NCBI GenBank assembly: GCA_025340205.1
Contig: CP006868.1
Coordinates: forward strand, 870,001-902,000
Direction of reading: 5' to 3'
Origin: Ignicoccus pacificus DSM 13166
Lineage (GTDB): Archaea; Thermoproteota; Thermoprotei_A; Sulfolobales; Ignicoccaceae
DNA length: 32,000 nt
Below, piece by piece: positions 17,891 through 26,306 of the stretch (the first letter of the stretch is position 1; every line of letters begins with the position of its first letter). A program made the position numbers and the translations under genes. The notes under the pieces were generated by a model. It saw only the letters and a program-made list of their open reading frames with translations. It had not been told where the DNA came from and made no database searches.

Positions 17891-18313
17891 TTACTTGCCC
17901 TTGCCCCTTATCCTCATTATTTTGTAAACGCCAGGAGGCATGACCCAATACTCTACCTCTACTCCGGGTTCGAGCTTCGACTTTATGTCTTCCTCTTCAG
18001 GTAGGGGAACCTCAAAGGTATCGAAGCTCTCCATGTCCATTAGTTGAACGCTGTCACCAGTGATCGCTAGGACTTGTCCTACCCTCTTCTCGATTATTGG
18101 TACCTCTACCCTGGTATCGACGGGAGCAACGAAAGTCTTCTTGGAACCGCTGATCAAGCTTATAGCTACCACGTTGGCCTTAGCGCTTCCATGCTTTCCG
18201 GTCTTCGCCTTACTCATTGAGACTATCTTGCAAGGCTCGCCGTCTATCATTATGAAGTTTCCGGGCTTAAGCTCACCCAAGGTGGCGTAGGTCTTCGACA
18301 CTGCTCTCACCAC
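17891..18313 (-). CDS. eif5a: Translation initiation factor 5A (aIF5A)
   Basis: 140 aa with the hypusination loop [18 protein letters not shown]-like ttatac on the minus strand lies ~20 nt upstream of the GTG start. Confidence 0.9.
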   Translation of the reverse strand: MVRAVSKTYATLGELKPGNFIMIDGEPCKIVSMSKAKTGKHGSAKANVVAISLISGSKKTFVAPVDTRVEVPIIEKRVGQVLAITGDSVQLMDMESFDTFEVPLPEEEDIKSKLEPGVEVEYWVMPPGVYKIMRIRGKGK

Positions 18314-18417
18314 TTCAGCGTGGGTGCGATAGGTATAAGTGAGTTAGAGCGAGTGTCTACACGGCACGCCCGCCTTACGCCGCGCTAGCGGGGAATGAAG
18401 GCGGGAGCTGGATTGGC

Positions 18418-19260
18418 CTATCCAATTCTTAAGAACGTCTCGAGGTTTGTGACAATCTTGTCAACGTCGTAAAGGTAGGAAACGGAGAGCTCTCTAAATT
18501 GGGATAGACGTAAAGACTCCCTTATAGTATACGTTCTGTTAAAGAACCTTTCCATAGAAGAGCCTACCGGTCCTATAGTTTCTATTCCAGAACTTATGCA
18601 GTCATGTAAGAAGAGTGCTGGTCGAGCCTTCAAGTAGGGATAGAAACACTTGCTAGCTCTTCTCAAATAAGGCTTTATGTCCTTTATACTATCGGCTATC
18701 TTCAGTTTACTCGTACTACCTATCGATTTGAAGACAAGAGATTTGATGGACATCTTGAATTCATCGGATAGGCGATAAGGTGAGATTAACCACAGCTCGT
18801 TCTCTTCCTTTATGAGATTTATAATAAGCTTCGCTAAGTCCCTAACTTCACCCTCAGATGTCGCTTCATAGGCCGTGATAAGAACGGCATCTCCTCTGTT
18901 TGTAGTTTTAACTGTTGGTACACCTAGCTCCTTAACGTTGAGTAGTTCCTTGAAGGGAGTAAGCGCGTTGATTATCCTCTTTAGAGGAGATGGTAATTTG
19001 AGTTCGTCTCCGATGTATATTTTGGGCGATCTGAGGGACAACGATTCTGCTCTTCTCACAAACCTAAGTATCCTTTCACAATCCTTCGTCCTTATGCGAC
19101 TTTGGCACATAACCTCCAGAGGGAGTAACAAACCTTCGAAACTTGGAAGATCTTTTGAAAGTCTTACGAATTCGAAATCTGAATCGCCGAGCATTTCTTC
19201 AAGTCTAGAAACATACAGTTCAAGTTCGGCATCTTTACAGTAAACGGCACAGAGCTTCAC
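18418..19260 (-). CDS. Hypothetical protein, unknown function
   Basis: 280-aa ORF with protein-like composition and no motif I can recognise. It is followed on its own strand by a GC-rich hairpin. Confidence 0.55.
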   Translation of the reverse strand: MKLCAVYCKDAELELYVSRLEEMLGDSDFEFVRLSKDLPSFEGLLLPLEVMCQSRIRTKDCERILRFVRRAESLSLRSPKIYIGDELKLPSPLKRIINALTPFKELLNVKELGVPTVKTTNRGDAVLITAYEATSEGEVRDLAKLIINLIKEENELWLISPYRLSDEFKMSIKSLVFKSIGSTSKLKIADSIKDIKPYLRRASKCFYPYLKARPALFLHDCISSGIETIGPVGSSMERFFNRTYTIRESLRLSQFRELSVSYLYDVDKIVTNLETFLRIG

Positions 19261-19348
19261 TTCTCACGTCCTCTTGAAGGATTATCAAAGTGATTATAAC
19301 AGTTACTATGAATAAGGATCATAAATTGGGAGAACGTTAATAGGAGAA

Positions 19349-19356
19349 TTTATAAA
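19349..19356 (+). promoter_or_regulatory. TATA box of the albA promoter
   Basis: TTTATAAA lies 33 nt upstream of GTG 19389. Confidence 0.5.
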
Positions 19357-19388
19357 CGCCTCAATGCACCCCAACACGGTGAACCGGT

Positions 19389-19685
19389 GTGAGTGTGCAG
19401 GCACCCCAGAGCAATGAGGTTAGGGTTGGAAAGAAGCCCGTCATGAACTATGTGCTAGCTACTTTGACCCTACTAAACCAGGGTGTGGACAGGGTAGAGA
19501 TAAAGGCCAGGGGTAAGGCCATCAGCAAGGCCGTGGACACCGTCGAGATAGTGAGGAACAGGTTCCTGCCCGGCCAGATAAGGGTGGCCGAGGTAAGGAT
19601 CGGCAGCCAGACCGTCACCAGCGCTGAGGGCAGGCAGAGCAGGATCAGTACTATCGACATAGTAATCGAGAAGGTAAACAAGTAA
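19389..19685 (+). CDS. albA: DNA/RNA-binding chromatin protein Alba (Sso10b family)
   Basis: 98 aa. The run [19 protein letters not shown]...[25 protein letters not shown]...[16 protein letters not shown] is a near-continuous match to crenarchaeal Alba. The gene has strongly G/C-ending codons. Confidence 0.95.
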   Translation: MSVQAPQSNEVRVGKKPVMNYVLATLTLLNQGVDRVEIKARGKAISKAVDTVEIVRNRFLPGQIRVAEVRIGSQTVTSAEGRQSRISTIDIVIEKVNK

Positions 19686-19695
19686 TAAAGTAGCT

Positions 19696-19711
19696 GATTT
19701 TTAGTATTTTC
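19696..19711 (+). terminator. T-rich tract after albA (candidate terminator)
   Basis: The sequence is gaTTTTTagTATTTT, beginning ~10 nt after the taa stop. Confidence 0.4.
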
Positions 19712-19740
19712 CACTGCTGATTTCCTCTGGGAGCGTAAAA

Positions 19741-20085
19741 TTGAGTAAGCGTCAAATCGTAATTGAGGGAAGCGCAAAGATAGGAAAGCTCAACATAGCA
19801 CCCCTTAACCTATCTCTAAGCCCAGAGGACCTCTCCAGCCCCCTCTCGTTACAGATGGCACTAAATAAAATCCTCGAGAACTTGGCTAATGCCTTTGAAG
19901 GTAACGTAAAACCCCACTACTTCGCTGAGGTAAAGTTCAGTGATCACCTAGGGATGCCAGTCTCCTTTGCGATAGACCTAGGCGACAAACTACCTCCATT
20001 TAGCAAAGATAAAGTAAAAGCGAGAATAATCATTGAACTTTACGAGGATGAGGAAGAGGAAGGAAATCCGGACGTCCCACCTTGA
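19741..20085 (+). CDS. Hypothetical protein with acidic C-terminal tail
   Basis: 114 aa with a TTG start and the tail ELYEDEEEEGNPDVPP. No motif recognised. The 3' end overlaps the convergent wHTH gene by 46 nt. Confidence 0.4.
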   Translation: MSKRQIVIEGSAKIGKLNIAPLNLSLSPEDLSSPLSLQMALNKILENLANAFEGNVKPHYFAEVKFSDHLGMPVSFAIDLGDKLPPFSKDKVKARIIIELYEDEEEEGNPDVPP

Positions 20086-20342
20086 CGACGTCTTAAGCGA
20101 CCAACCAAATACTCGTGACTTCTCTCCTCAAGCCATTCCATTAAGTCATTCAACACGTACTCATTGGTAGACACCTTGGTCAGTAACCCTACTCTACTGA
20201 GTCTCTTTATCAGTGAAATAGAGACCTTACGTCCAAAGTATGGGGCTAGGACTTCGATAGCTTCCCCTACGTTAAACCTCCTTCCTTTGAACTTCTCTTT
20301 TAAAAGGAAATATGCGCTCACATCTCTTTTATCTAGCCACAT
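20040..20342 (-). CDS. Small winged-helix-turn-helix DNA-binding protein
   Basis: 100 aa. VSISLIKRLSRVGLLTKVSTNEYVL looks like a recognition helix plus wing. The ATG lies 3 nt after the hisA-like stop. The low-complexity tail (GGTSGFPSSSSSS) is antisense to the acidic tail of the convergent ORF. Confidence 0.55.
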   Translation of the reverse strand: MWLDKRDVSAYFLLKEKFKGRRFNVGEAIEVLAPYFGRKVSISLIKRLSRVGLLTKVSTNEYVLNDLMEWLEERSHEYLVGRLRRRQGGTSGFPSSSSSS

Positions 20343-20345
20343 GGT

Positions 20346-21059
20346 TCAACCCAGCAAATCCTTCAGCTTCAACTTTCCCGAGTAGAGCGCCATTCCTATT
20401 ATCACCACGTCAACGCCGGCCTCGCTCAGCGATAGTACATCCTCCTTGGATCCGACACCACCCGCGTATTCCAAGAGTATCGATGGATACCTAGATCTGA
20501 TATACTTTACCCCTTCAATGTCCGGCCCCCTCATCGTACCTTCAGTGTCTACGTAGGTGTACATTATTCCTCTGAAGGACTTGCCTTCAAACTTCTTTAG
20601 GGCCTCATCTAAGCCCACGGGTAACTTTTCATTCCATCCCTCTACAGTTACTCTTCCACCTTTCAAGTCTATTGCAATTATCACCTTCTCCGGACCAAGT
20701 TCTTTAGATAGAGAATCAACGAAGTTTGGGTCTTTGTGGGCTTTGCTGCCGACTACCACGGCATCTGCATCTTGGTAAAGCTTGGCATGTTCAATGGATC
20801 TGATACCCCCGGCGACTTGGATCCAGAGTCCACGGTCCTTGGCCATTTCAATCAATTTCAGTATAGTGTCCTCATTCACCGGTCTACCTCGTTCAGCTGC
20901 ATCTAGATCCACTACGTGAATTCCTTCTGCCCCCTCATCGGCCCAGAAATCGAGCCACCTTAGAGGATCTCCAAGATCTAGACCGGTACCCCTGACGCCC
21001 CTAACTCTCTTGACCGCTCTACCATTAGAGATATCGATGCTTGGATAAACCTTAACCAT
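20346..21059 (-). CDS. hisA: HisA-family (beta/alpha)8 barrel, ProFAR isomerase-like
   Basis: 237 aa. HisA hallmarks present: VYPSIDISNGRAVKRVRG, IHVVDLDAA, QVAGGIRS, AIDLKGGRVTVEGW, DTEGTM and YAGGVGS. Confidence 0.8.
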   Translation of the reverse strand: MVKVYPSIDISNGRAVKRVRGVRGTGLDLGDPLRWLDFWADEGAEGIHVVDLDAAERGRPVNEDTILKLIEMAKDRGLWIQVAGGIRSIEHAKLYQDADAVVVGSKAHKDPNFVDSLSKELGPEKVIIAIDLKGGRVTVEGWNEKLPVGLDEALKKFEGKSFRGIMYTYVDTEGTMRGPDIEGVKYIRSRYPSILLEYAGGVGSKEDVLSLSEAGVDVVIIGMALYSGKLKLKDLLG

Positions 21060-22266
21060 GGGACCTCAGCTCCTCTTCGAGCGACGGTAACCACGTGTAA
21101 ATTTTACTTACGAATCCGCCTTCTGGGGCCATTGAGTTCAGAGCCTTAGCCAGTGTTGTTTGTTTATCCACCCAATAGATGTTCAATGCACAACTTCCCT
21201 TTAATAGAGCCGAGCGGATGCGATCCCTTTGATAGTCTGTCAAGTGGAATCCCATCCAAGCGTAGGAGTTCATGATAGCGCTTTCTAGTTCCCCCCTGCT
21301 AACCTGAGGGGAGCAAGACGCAGCGATGCCTAGCAGAAACTCTGGACTCTCTGTTTCTATCCAGAAATCATAGTTGAAAGTAGTTAGTGAGCCTAAAGCG
21401 ACACCTAGCAAGAACTTGTACAGAGGGTGAAGACCAGAACTGGGTTTCTCCATTATTATACTACATCCTCTGCAAGTGCTTAGCGAAAGCGCTAGCCATA
21501 TGAACTTCTTTTCAGTGTCCGAGAGCGCTTTGACGCTGATTAATTCGCTTCCCTTTCTCAGATATACGGTCTTGTTGTTAACTATTTCGATGTCAGCAAA
21601 AAGCAAATGACCAAATGCTCTATTCACGCCGACGTCGATCCTAGGGGATTTCCATGTGCATCTACATAGAGCTTCCAAGGGGAGACCTCTTATATCGTAG
21701 TTTAAACAGAGTTCATAACCATATGGATAATATTGGAGAGAAGAGACGAGTGCAGAAGCTTTAAGTGTCATGAGGATGTTAAGTAGGGTCTTCTCTAAGC
21801 ATTTCCTTCCTTCTTCCATAAAGGACTCGAAGTTATCCAGCTTTACCTTGGCATATATGCTATCGATTTCAATAATATTGTTCTTTAAGCATTCCCTGGC
21901 AGACATCCTCATTATTTCATGAACTACCTTCGCCGATACCGGAGGAAGAACATTTTCTGGAACAGGATAGGCATCGCCTAGTAACTTCGAGAGGGCAGAT
22001 CTTATGGCATAATTTAAGAATGTCATTATTTCTTGTTCGAGATAATCAAGTCTTAGTAAGTAGGTATCCTTCTTTAGTCGTCTAAAGGAAACCATGAATA
22101 TGTGACGATGCCTCTCTTTGAGTATATCACTTAATTGTTCTTCAAGGAGTTCAAGCACTTTATAGGAGAAGTAGCAGACCGCGTACCACCGGCTAACGAA
22201 CTTTGAGCGTACTAAGGCGCTCTTTCCTGAACCCGGAGGTCCTACAACTACGTTAACGGAGTTCAT
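21052..22266 (-). CDS. ABC/AAA_21-like P-loop ATPase with substituted catalytic residues
   Basis: 404 aa. Walker A is VVGPPGSGKS at the N-terminus, followed by a long helical insert and then LSDTEKKFIWLALSL. IIMEKPSSGLHP aligns with the family pattern hhhhDEPExxLHP. FWIETESPEF aligns with hhhTTHSPxh. Its stop overlaps the hisA-like ATG. Confidence 0.65.
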   Translation of the reverse strand: MNSVNVVVGPPGSGKSALVRSKFVSRWYAVCYFSYKVLELLEEQLSDILKERHRHIFMVSFRRLKKDTYLLRLDYLEQEIMTFLNYAIRSALSKLLGDAYPVPENVLPPVSAKVVHEIMRMSARECLKNNIIEIDSIYAKVKLDNFESFMEEGRKCLEKTLLNILMTLKASALVSSLQYYPYGYELCLNYDIRGLPLEALCRCTWKSPRIDVGVNRAFGHLLFADIEIVNNKTVYLRKGSELISVKALSDTEKKFIWLALSLSTCRGCSIIMEKPSSGLHPLYKFLLGVALGSLTTFNYDFWIETESPEFLLGIAASCSPQVSRGELESAIMNSYAWMGFHLTDYQRDRIRSALLKGSCALNIYWVDKQTTLAKALNSMAPEGGFVSKIYTWLPSLEEELRSHG

Positions 22267-22307
22267 ATTTTCACGCCATCCCTTACTATAGCTCTGGGGA
22301 ATATAAC

Positions 22308-22949
22308 ATGACGCCTAGTTACCGACAACTCAGTAAAACTCTATATCAGAAAGGAGCTGAGGCAGAGATCTACTTGACCGAATACTGGGGGTGTAGAGCA
22401 ATTCTGAAAGTAAGAATAAAGAAAATGTATAGACATCCTAAGGTCGATAGTAATATCAGGCTTGAGAGGACGAGAAACGAAGCACTTAATATGCTCAGAG
22501 CATATAAGGCGGGCGTTAACGTACCAATGCTCTATGACTTCAGCTTGAGGGAGTACTGGATTTTAATGGAATACATTGAAGGAAAACCGCTCCGTGAAGA
22601 CCTCAATGAATATAATTTGAAAAAAGCTGGCGAAGCGCTTGCCTTAATGCACACTGCCAATATAGCACACTGGGATTATACTACGGCGAACATATTGGTG
22701 AATGAAGGCAAAATCTACGTTATAGATTTTGGTCTTTCGAGATATACGGAGAGCGATCTGGACAAGGCTATAGATATACACCTAATGATCAGATCGTTAT
22801 TAAGCGCACACCCGGAAGCCGAGAACTTAGTTGATGCCTTCTGGGAAGGCTATGCATCCTATGGCAACGTTGAGCTCATGAAGGAGATGGTCAGAAAAAT
22901 AGAAATGATGGGTAGGTATGTAAAGGAGAGGAGGAAGACGGTATGGTAA
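22308..22949 (+). CDS. bud32: KEOPS complex kinase/ATPase Bud32 (Kae1-associated, RIO-like)
   Basis: 213 aa. Present are GAEAEIY (Gly-loop equivalent), ILKVRIKK, RTRNEA, the catalytic loop HWDYTTANILV and the IDFGLS metal-binding motif. It is standalone, not fused to Kae1. Confidence 0.8.
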   Translation: MTPSYRQLSKTLYQKGAEAEIYLTEYWGCRAILKVRIKKMYRHPKVDSNIRLERTRNEALNMLRAYKAGVNVPMLYDFSLREYWILMEYIEGKPLREDLNEYNLKKAGEALALMHTANIAHWDYTTANILVNEGKIYVIDFGLSRYTESDLDKAIDIHLMIRSLLSAHPEAENLVDAFWEGYASYGNVELMKEMVRKIEMMGRYVKERRKTVW

Positions 22950-23518
22950 AGATATTCTTGCTAACATCAAATGAACATAAAGTTAACGAGATCCGAGAGA
23001 TTTTGAACGATTACAACGTAGAAGTAGAGATGGTAAAAGGTATTAAGGTAGAAATTCAAGAACTTGAGTTGGACGAGATAATTAGATATGCTGCCCTAAA
23101 AGCCAAGGAACATACCCTCAAAAGACCACTCTTCTTGGAAGACAGTGGTTTGTTCATCAGAGCCTTGGGTGGTTTTCCCGGTCCATTTAGTAGATACGTT
23201 TACGATACAATAGGGGTAAGAGGAGTGCTCAAGTTAATGGAAGGTATAGATGATAGAAAGGCGGAGTTTAGGTGTGCAGCGGCTTGTGTATGTCCAGACG
23301 AACGAATAATAGTAAACGTCGGAAAGGTTGAAGGCACCATAGCCCTTGAGGCCAGAGGAAAGAAAGGTTTTGGTTTCGATCCGATATTCGTACCTAGGGG
23401 TTTTAACAAGACGTTTGCTGAAATGGATCCTTCAGAGAAGAACTCCATATCCCATAGGGCTAGAGCCTTCAGAGGCTTGATTGAGAAGTATCTTGAAGTA
23501 TTCGGGGATACAGAGTGA
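22943..23518 (+). CDS. Non-canonical purine NTP pyrophosphatase (HAM1/RdgB ITPase)
   Basis: 191 aa with TSNEHKVNEI, EDSGLFIRALGGFPG, FGFDPIF and SHRARA. It overlaps bud32 by 7 nt. Confidence 0.9.
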   Translation: MVKIFLLTSNEHKVNEIREILNDYNVEVEMVKGIKVEIQELELDEIIRYAALKAKEHTLKRPLFLEDSGLFIRALGGFPGPFSRYVYDTIGVRGVLKLMEGIDDRKAEFRCAAACVCPDERIIVNVGKVEGTIALEARGKKGFGFDPIFVPRGFNKTFAEMDPSEKNSISHRARAFRGLIEKYLEVFGDTE

Positions 23519-23590
23519 CCCCGGTTCATGGCCGGGCCCCATAAGGCCCCCTCACCGGGCAGCCGCCAAGGAGGGGTATCGTGTACTCAC

Positions 23591-23598
23591 TTATAAAT
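23591..23598 (+). promoter_or_regulatory. TATA box of the S13-S4-S11-rpoD operon
   Basis: TTATAAAT sits in the only AT-rich patch of the 140-nt intergenic region, 60-105 nt upstream of the candidate rps13 starts. Confidence 0.5.
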
Positions 23599-23659
23599 GG
23601 AGTCACCCTGGTAGCCCTGTCCTCATCTTTCGGCGTCGGTAGTTTAGATCATCCTCCTA

Positions 23660-24157
23660 GTGAGTGCAGAATTTAAGGCCTCAAAAGGGTGTGGCACCGG
23701 GTGGTTGAGACTGGCAGAGGAGTTCAAATATATAGTTCGTATTGGTGACACGGATATAGACGGCTCTTTGCCAGCCGTCTACGGATTGGCCAAGATAAAG
23801 GGAATAGGTTATACCACTGCTTTAGCCATTTTGAGAAAGCTAAACATGGATCCCCTCATGAGACTCGGATACTTTAGTGATGCAAAGATAAAGGAGCTAG
23901 ATGAGGTTGTTAAGGACATAACTAAGCTAGGCTTCCCCTCCTGGCTTTACAACAGGAGGAAGGACTACGCTACGGGTAAGGACTTGCACTTGATAGGAGC
24001 CGAGCTCGTCTTCTACGCTAGACAGGACATAGAGAGGGAGAAGAGGATAAGGAGCTGGAGAGGAGTAAGGCATGCCCTAGGACTAAAGGTAAGGGGTCAG
24101 AGGACCGCTACTACTGGAAGGATAGGTATGACTATAGGCGTCTCCAAGAAGAAGTAA
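23660..24157 (+). CDS. rps13: 30S ribosomal protein S13 (uS13)
   Basis: The sequences EEFKYIVRIGDTDIDG...IKGIGYTTALAIL...SWRGVRHALGLKVRGQRTATTGR are S13-like. The start is uncertain. Crenarchaeal S13 proteins usually begin a few residues before FKY, which favours TTG 23705 (MRLAEEFKY) over GTG 23660. Confidence 0.9.
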   Translation: MSAEFKASKGCGTGWLRLAEEFKYIVRIGDTDIDGSLPAVYGLAKIKGIGYTTALAILRKLNMDPLMRLGYFSDAKIKELDEVVKDITKLGFPSWLYNRRKDYATGKDLHLIGAELVFYARQDIEREKRIRSWRGVRHALGLKVRGQRTATTGRIGMTIGVSKKK

Positions 24158-24170
24158 GGGGTGGTGAATC

Positions 24171-24677
24171 ATGGGAGATCCGAGAAAGCCTAGAAAGAAG
24201 TGGACCCCTCCTGGACACCCTTGGATAAAGGAGAGACTTATAGAAGAAATGAAGCTCATGGGAGAGTATGGACTCAGGAACAAGAAGGAAATATGGATTG
24301 CGGCAGCCATACTCAGGAAGTTTAGGCATCGTGCAAGGAGTCTGCTGGCACTACCCCCAGAGGTCAGAGAGAGGGAAGAGAAAGCTCTGCTATCCAGGCT
24401 GTACGATATAGGACTGGTCGATGAGAATGCCACTTTGGACGATGTACTGTCGCTAACCACTAAGGACCTATTAGAGAGGAGGCTTCAGACCATAGTATGG
24501 AAGAAGGGTCTAGCAAGAACGATTCATCAAGCTAGGCAGATGATCACTCACGGACACATAGCGATAAACGGGAGGAGGGTGACCTCACCCAGCTACATAG
24601 TCAGAAGGGAAGAGGAGGAGCTGATAGATTATGCTCCCACCAGCCCTTACTTTAAGAGGAGGCAAGAAGGCGAGTGA
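24171..24677 (+). CDS. rps4: 30S ribosomal protein S4 (uS4)
   Basis: [18 protein letters not shown] at the N-terminus and an S4 RNA-binding domain ([23 protein letters not shown]). Confidence 0.9.
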   Translation: MGDPRKPRKKWTPPGHPWIKERLIEEMKLMGEYGLRNKKEIWIAAAILRKFRHRARSLLALPPEVREREEKALLSRLYDIGLVDENATLDDVLSLTTKDLLERRLQTIVWKKGLARTIHQARQMITHGHIAINGRRVTSPSYIVRREEEELIDYAPTSPYFKRRQEGE

Positions 24678-24690
24678 GGTGGTCTGAGAC

Positions 24691-25083
24691 ATGCCAAGGG
24701 AGATCAGATGGGGAGTCGCTCACATCTTCAGCTCTCCCAACAACACGTTCGTACACATAACCGACCTAACCGGTGCGGAGACTGCCTCCAGGATCACCGG
24801 AGGAATGGTAGTGAAGGCTGATAGAGAGAAGCCATCGCCCTACGCAGCGATGTTGGCCGCTGCCAAGGCCGCTCAAGAGGCCATGGAGAGGGGGATTACT
24901 GCCATCCACATTAAGGTAAGGGCTCCCGGAGGCTATGGTCCTAAGACCCCCGGTCCTGGAGCACAAGCGGCGATAAGGGCGTTAGCCAGATCAGGATTCA
25001 TCGTTGGAAGGATAGAAGACGTAACGCCATTGCCTCATGACAGCATCAGGAGACCTGGAGGCAGGAGAGGAAGGAGGGTCTAA
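24691..25083 (+). CDS. rps11: 30S ribosomal protein S11 (uS11)
   Basis: [21 protein letters not shown]...IKVRAPGG...[16 protein letters not shown]...[10 protein letters not shown] matches S11. Confidence 0.9.
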   Translation: MPREIRWGVAHIFSSPNNTFVHITDLTGAETASRITGGMVVKADREKPSPYAAMLAAAKAAQEAMERGITAIHIKVRAPGGYGPKTPGPGAQAAIRALARSGFIVGRIEDVTPLPHDSIRRPGGRRGRRV

Positions 25084-25088
25084 CACCT

Positions 25089-25943
25089 ATGCCTATCGAA
25101 GTTTTGGAAGAGTCTCCCACTTACATCAAATTACTTGTACGAGGCTATCCCCTCGAAGTCCTTAACAGCATCAGAAGGGCTACCATGGAAGAAGCTCCTA
25201 AGATGGCAGTTGATTTCATTGGTGTTGACAGAAACGACAGCGTTATGTTTAACGAAATACTAGCCCACAGGCTAGCCATGGTTCCATTAAAGAGCGAGGA
25301 AGCGTTAGAAAGGTACGCTTCGCCAGAAGAATGTAAGGACTGTACTCCAGAAGAAGCGGCTGCGGGTAAGTGTGTCTCTAGTGATGGAAAGCCTTGCTAC
25401 GCTAGACTAATACTCGAGGTCGAAGGAAAGAAGGGAGGAACAATAGTTTACACGAAGGATTTGGTGTCAGAGGATCCAGACGTAAAGCCGGTGTATGACA
25501 ACATACCTCTATTAAGCCTTCTTGAGGGACAGAAGGTAAAGTTAACCGCTTATGCCAGACTAGGAAGGGGGAAGGAGCACGCCAAGTGGATGCCGGCCGT
25601 CGTGGCAGTAGTAAAACCTATACTGAGGGGCGTTGAGGTAAGCGAGGCCGTTTGTGATAGTAAGTGCCAAGAAGAATGTGTTGAGTTGTGTCCTCATGCC
25701 TTCGAAATGAAGGATGGTAAGTTAAAGCTAAAGGAAGGTACAACGATATCGATGTTAATGCATTGTATCGAGTACATCTGTGAGGGTAGAGGACTAAAAC
25801 CGATCTTCGAAGAGGACAGCTTCATCTTTGAGGTTGAAAGCGACGGATCGCTCAGCGCTAGAAGAACACTAATAGAGGCCGCTAAGGCGGTCTCCCAGAA
25901 GATCGAGGCGTTAAAGACCCAACTGCGCGAGCAAGCGGGGTGA
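25089..25943 (+). CDS. rpoD: DNA-directed RNA polymerase subunit D (Rpo3) with Fe-S cluster domain
   Basis: 284 aa with an alpha-like dimerisation domain (FNEILAHRLAMVPL). A Cys-rich insertion (CDSKCQEECVELCPHAF) matches the [4Fe-4S] domain known from crenarchaeal subunit D. Confidence 0.85.
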   Translation: MPIEVLEESPTYIKLLVRGYPLEVLNSIRRATMEEAPKMAVDFIGVDRNDSVMFNEILAHRLAMVPLKSEEALERYASPEECKDCTPEEAAAGKCVSSDGKPCYARLILEVEGKKGGTIVYTKDLVSEDPDVKPVYDNIPLLSLLEGQKVKLTAYARLGRGKEHAKWMPAVVAVVKPILRGVEVSEAVCDSKCQEECVELCPHAFEMKDGKLKLKEGTTISMLMHCIEYICEGRGLKPIFEEDSFIFEVESDGSLSARRTLIEAAKAVSQKIEALKTQLREQAG

Positions 25944-25949
25944 TGAGTA

Positions 25950-26303
25950 GTGGCGGCACGTAGGAAGTTTACGAATATTGTGTTAAGAAAGACGCTAGAT
26001 GAGTTAAGGAAGACTAAGTCACCATTCTGGAAGAGGGTATACGAACTCCTCTCGAGGCCTGCCAGGGAGAGGGTAGTAGTAAACGTGAGCAAGATAAATC
26101 GTTATGCCAACGATGGCGATGTCGTTGTGGTACCCGGAAAGGTCCTAGGAGCTGGTGACATAGAGAAGAAGGTGACGGTCGCTGCCTTCTCCTTCTCCTA
26201 TACCGCTGTGGAGAAGATAACTCAAGCCGGAGGAAAGGTAATGCATATTTCTGAACTAGTAAAGGAAAACCCAAAGGGTAAGGGATTAAAAATAATAATA
26301 TAA
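25950..26303 (+). CDS. rpl18e: 50S ribosomal protein L18e (eL18)
   Basis: 117 aa with a GTG start. It holds the conserved position between rpoD and rpl13. The motif VVVPGKVLGAG is typical. Confidence 0.8.
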   Translation: MAARRKFTNIVLRKTLDELRKTKSPFWKRVYELLSRPARERVVVNVSKINRYANDGDVVVVPGKVLGAGDIEKKVTVAAFSFSYTAVEKITQAGGKVMHISELVKENPKGKGLKIII

Positions 26304-26306
26304 GGG

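Noticed and set aside
18365-18410. The GC-rich hairpin considered as an H/ACA guide RNA or a full K-turn element.
   Set aside because: There is no ACA box immediately 3' of the stem on either strand, no pseudouridylation pocket of adequate size, and only one of the two tandem G-A pairs needed for a K-turn. It is kept only as an unexplained hairpin.
19691-19725. Two CTGA motifs 19 nt apart after albA, which might have been the D'/D boxes of a C/D sRNA.
   Set aside because: There is no RUGAUGA-like C or C' box at the required 12-nt distance upstream of either CTGA. The T-runs fit a terminator better.
23519-23540. A 5-bp stem with a 7-nt loop (cccgg-ttcatgg-ccggg) resembling a tRNA T-arm.
   Set aside because: The loop does not fit TTCRANN (position 58 is T). 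No acceptor stem, D-arm or anticodon arm can be built from the flanks on either strand.
23660-23710. Near-duplicate peptide strings SAEFKAS and AEEFKYI at the 5' end of rps13, as a possible tandem duplication or recoding site.
   Set aside because: The similarity is only 4-5 residues and is most simply explained by the ORF track extending upstream of the real (probably TTG 23705) start. It is treated as start-codon ambiguity only.
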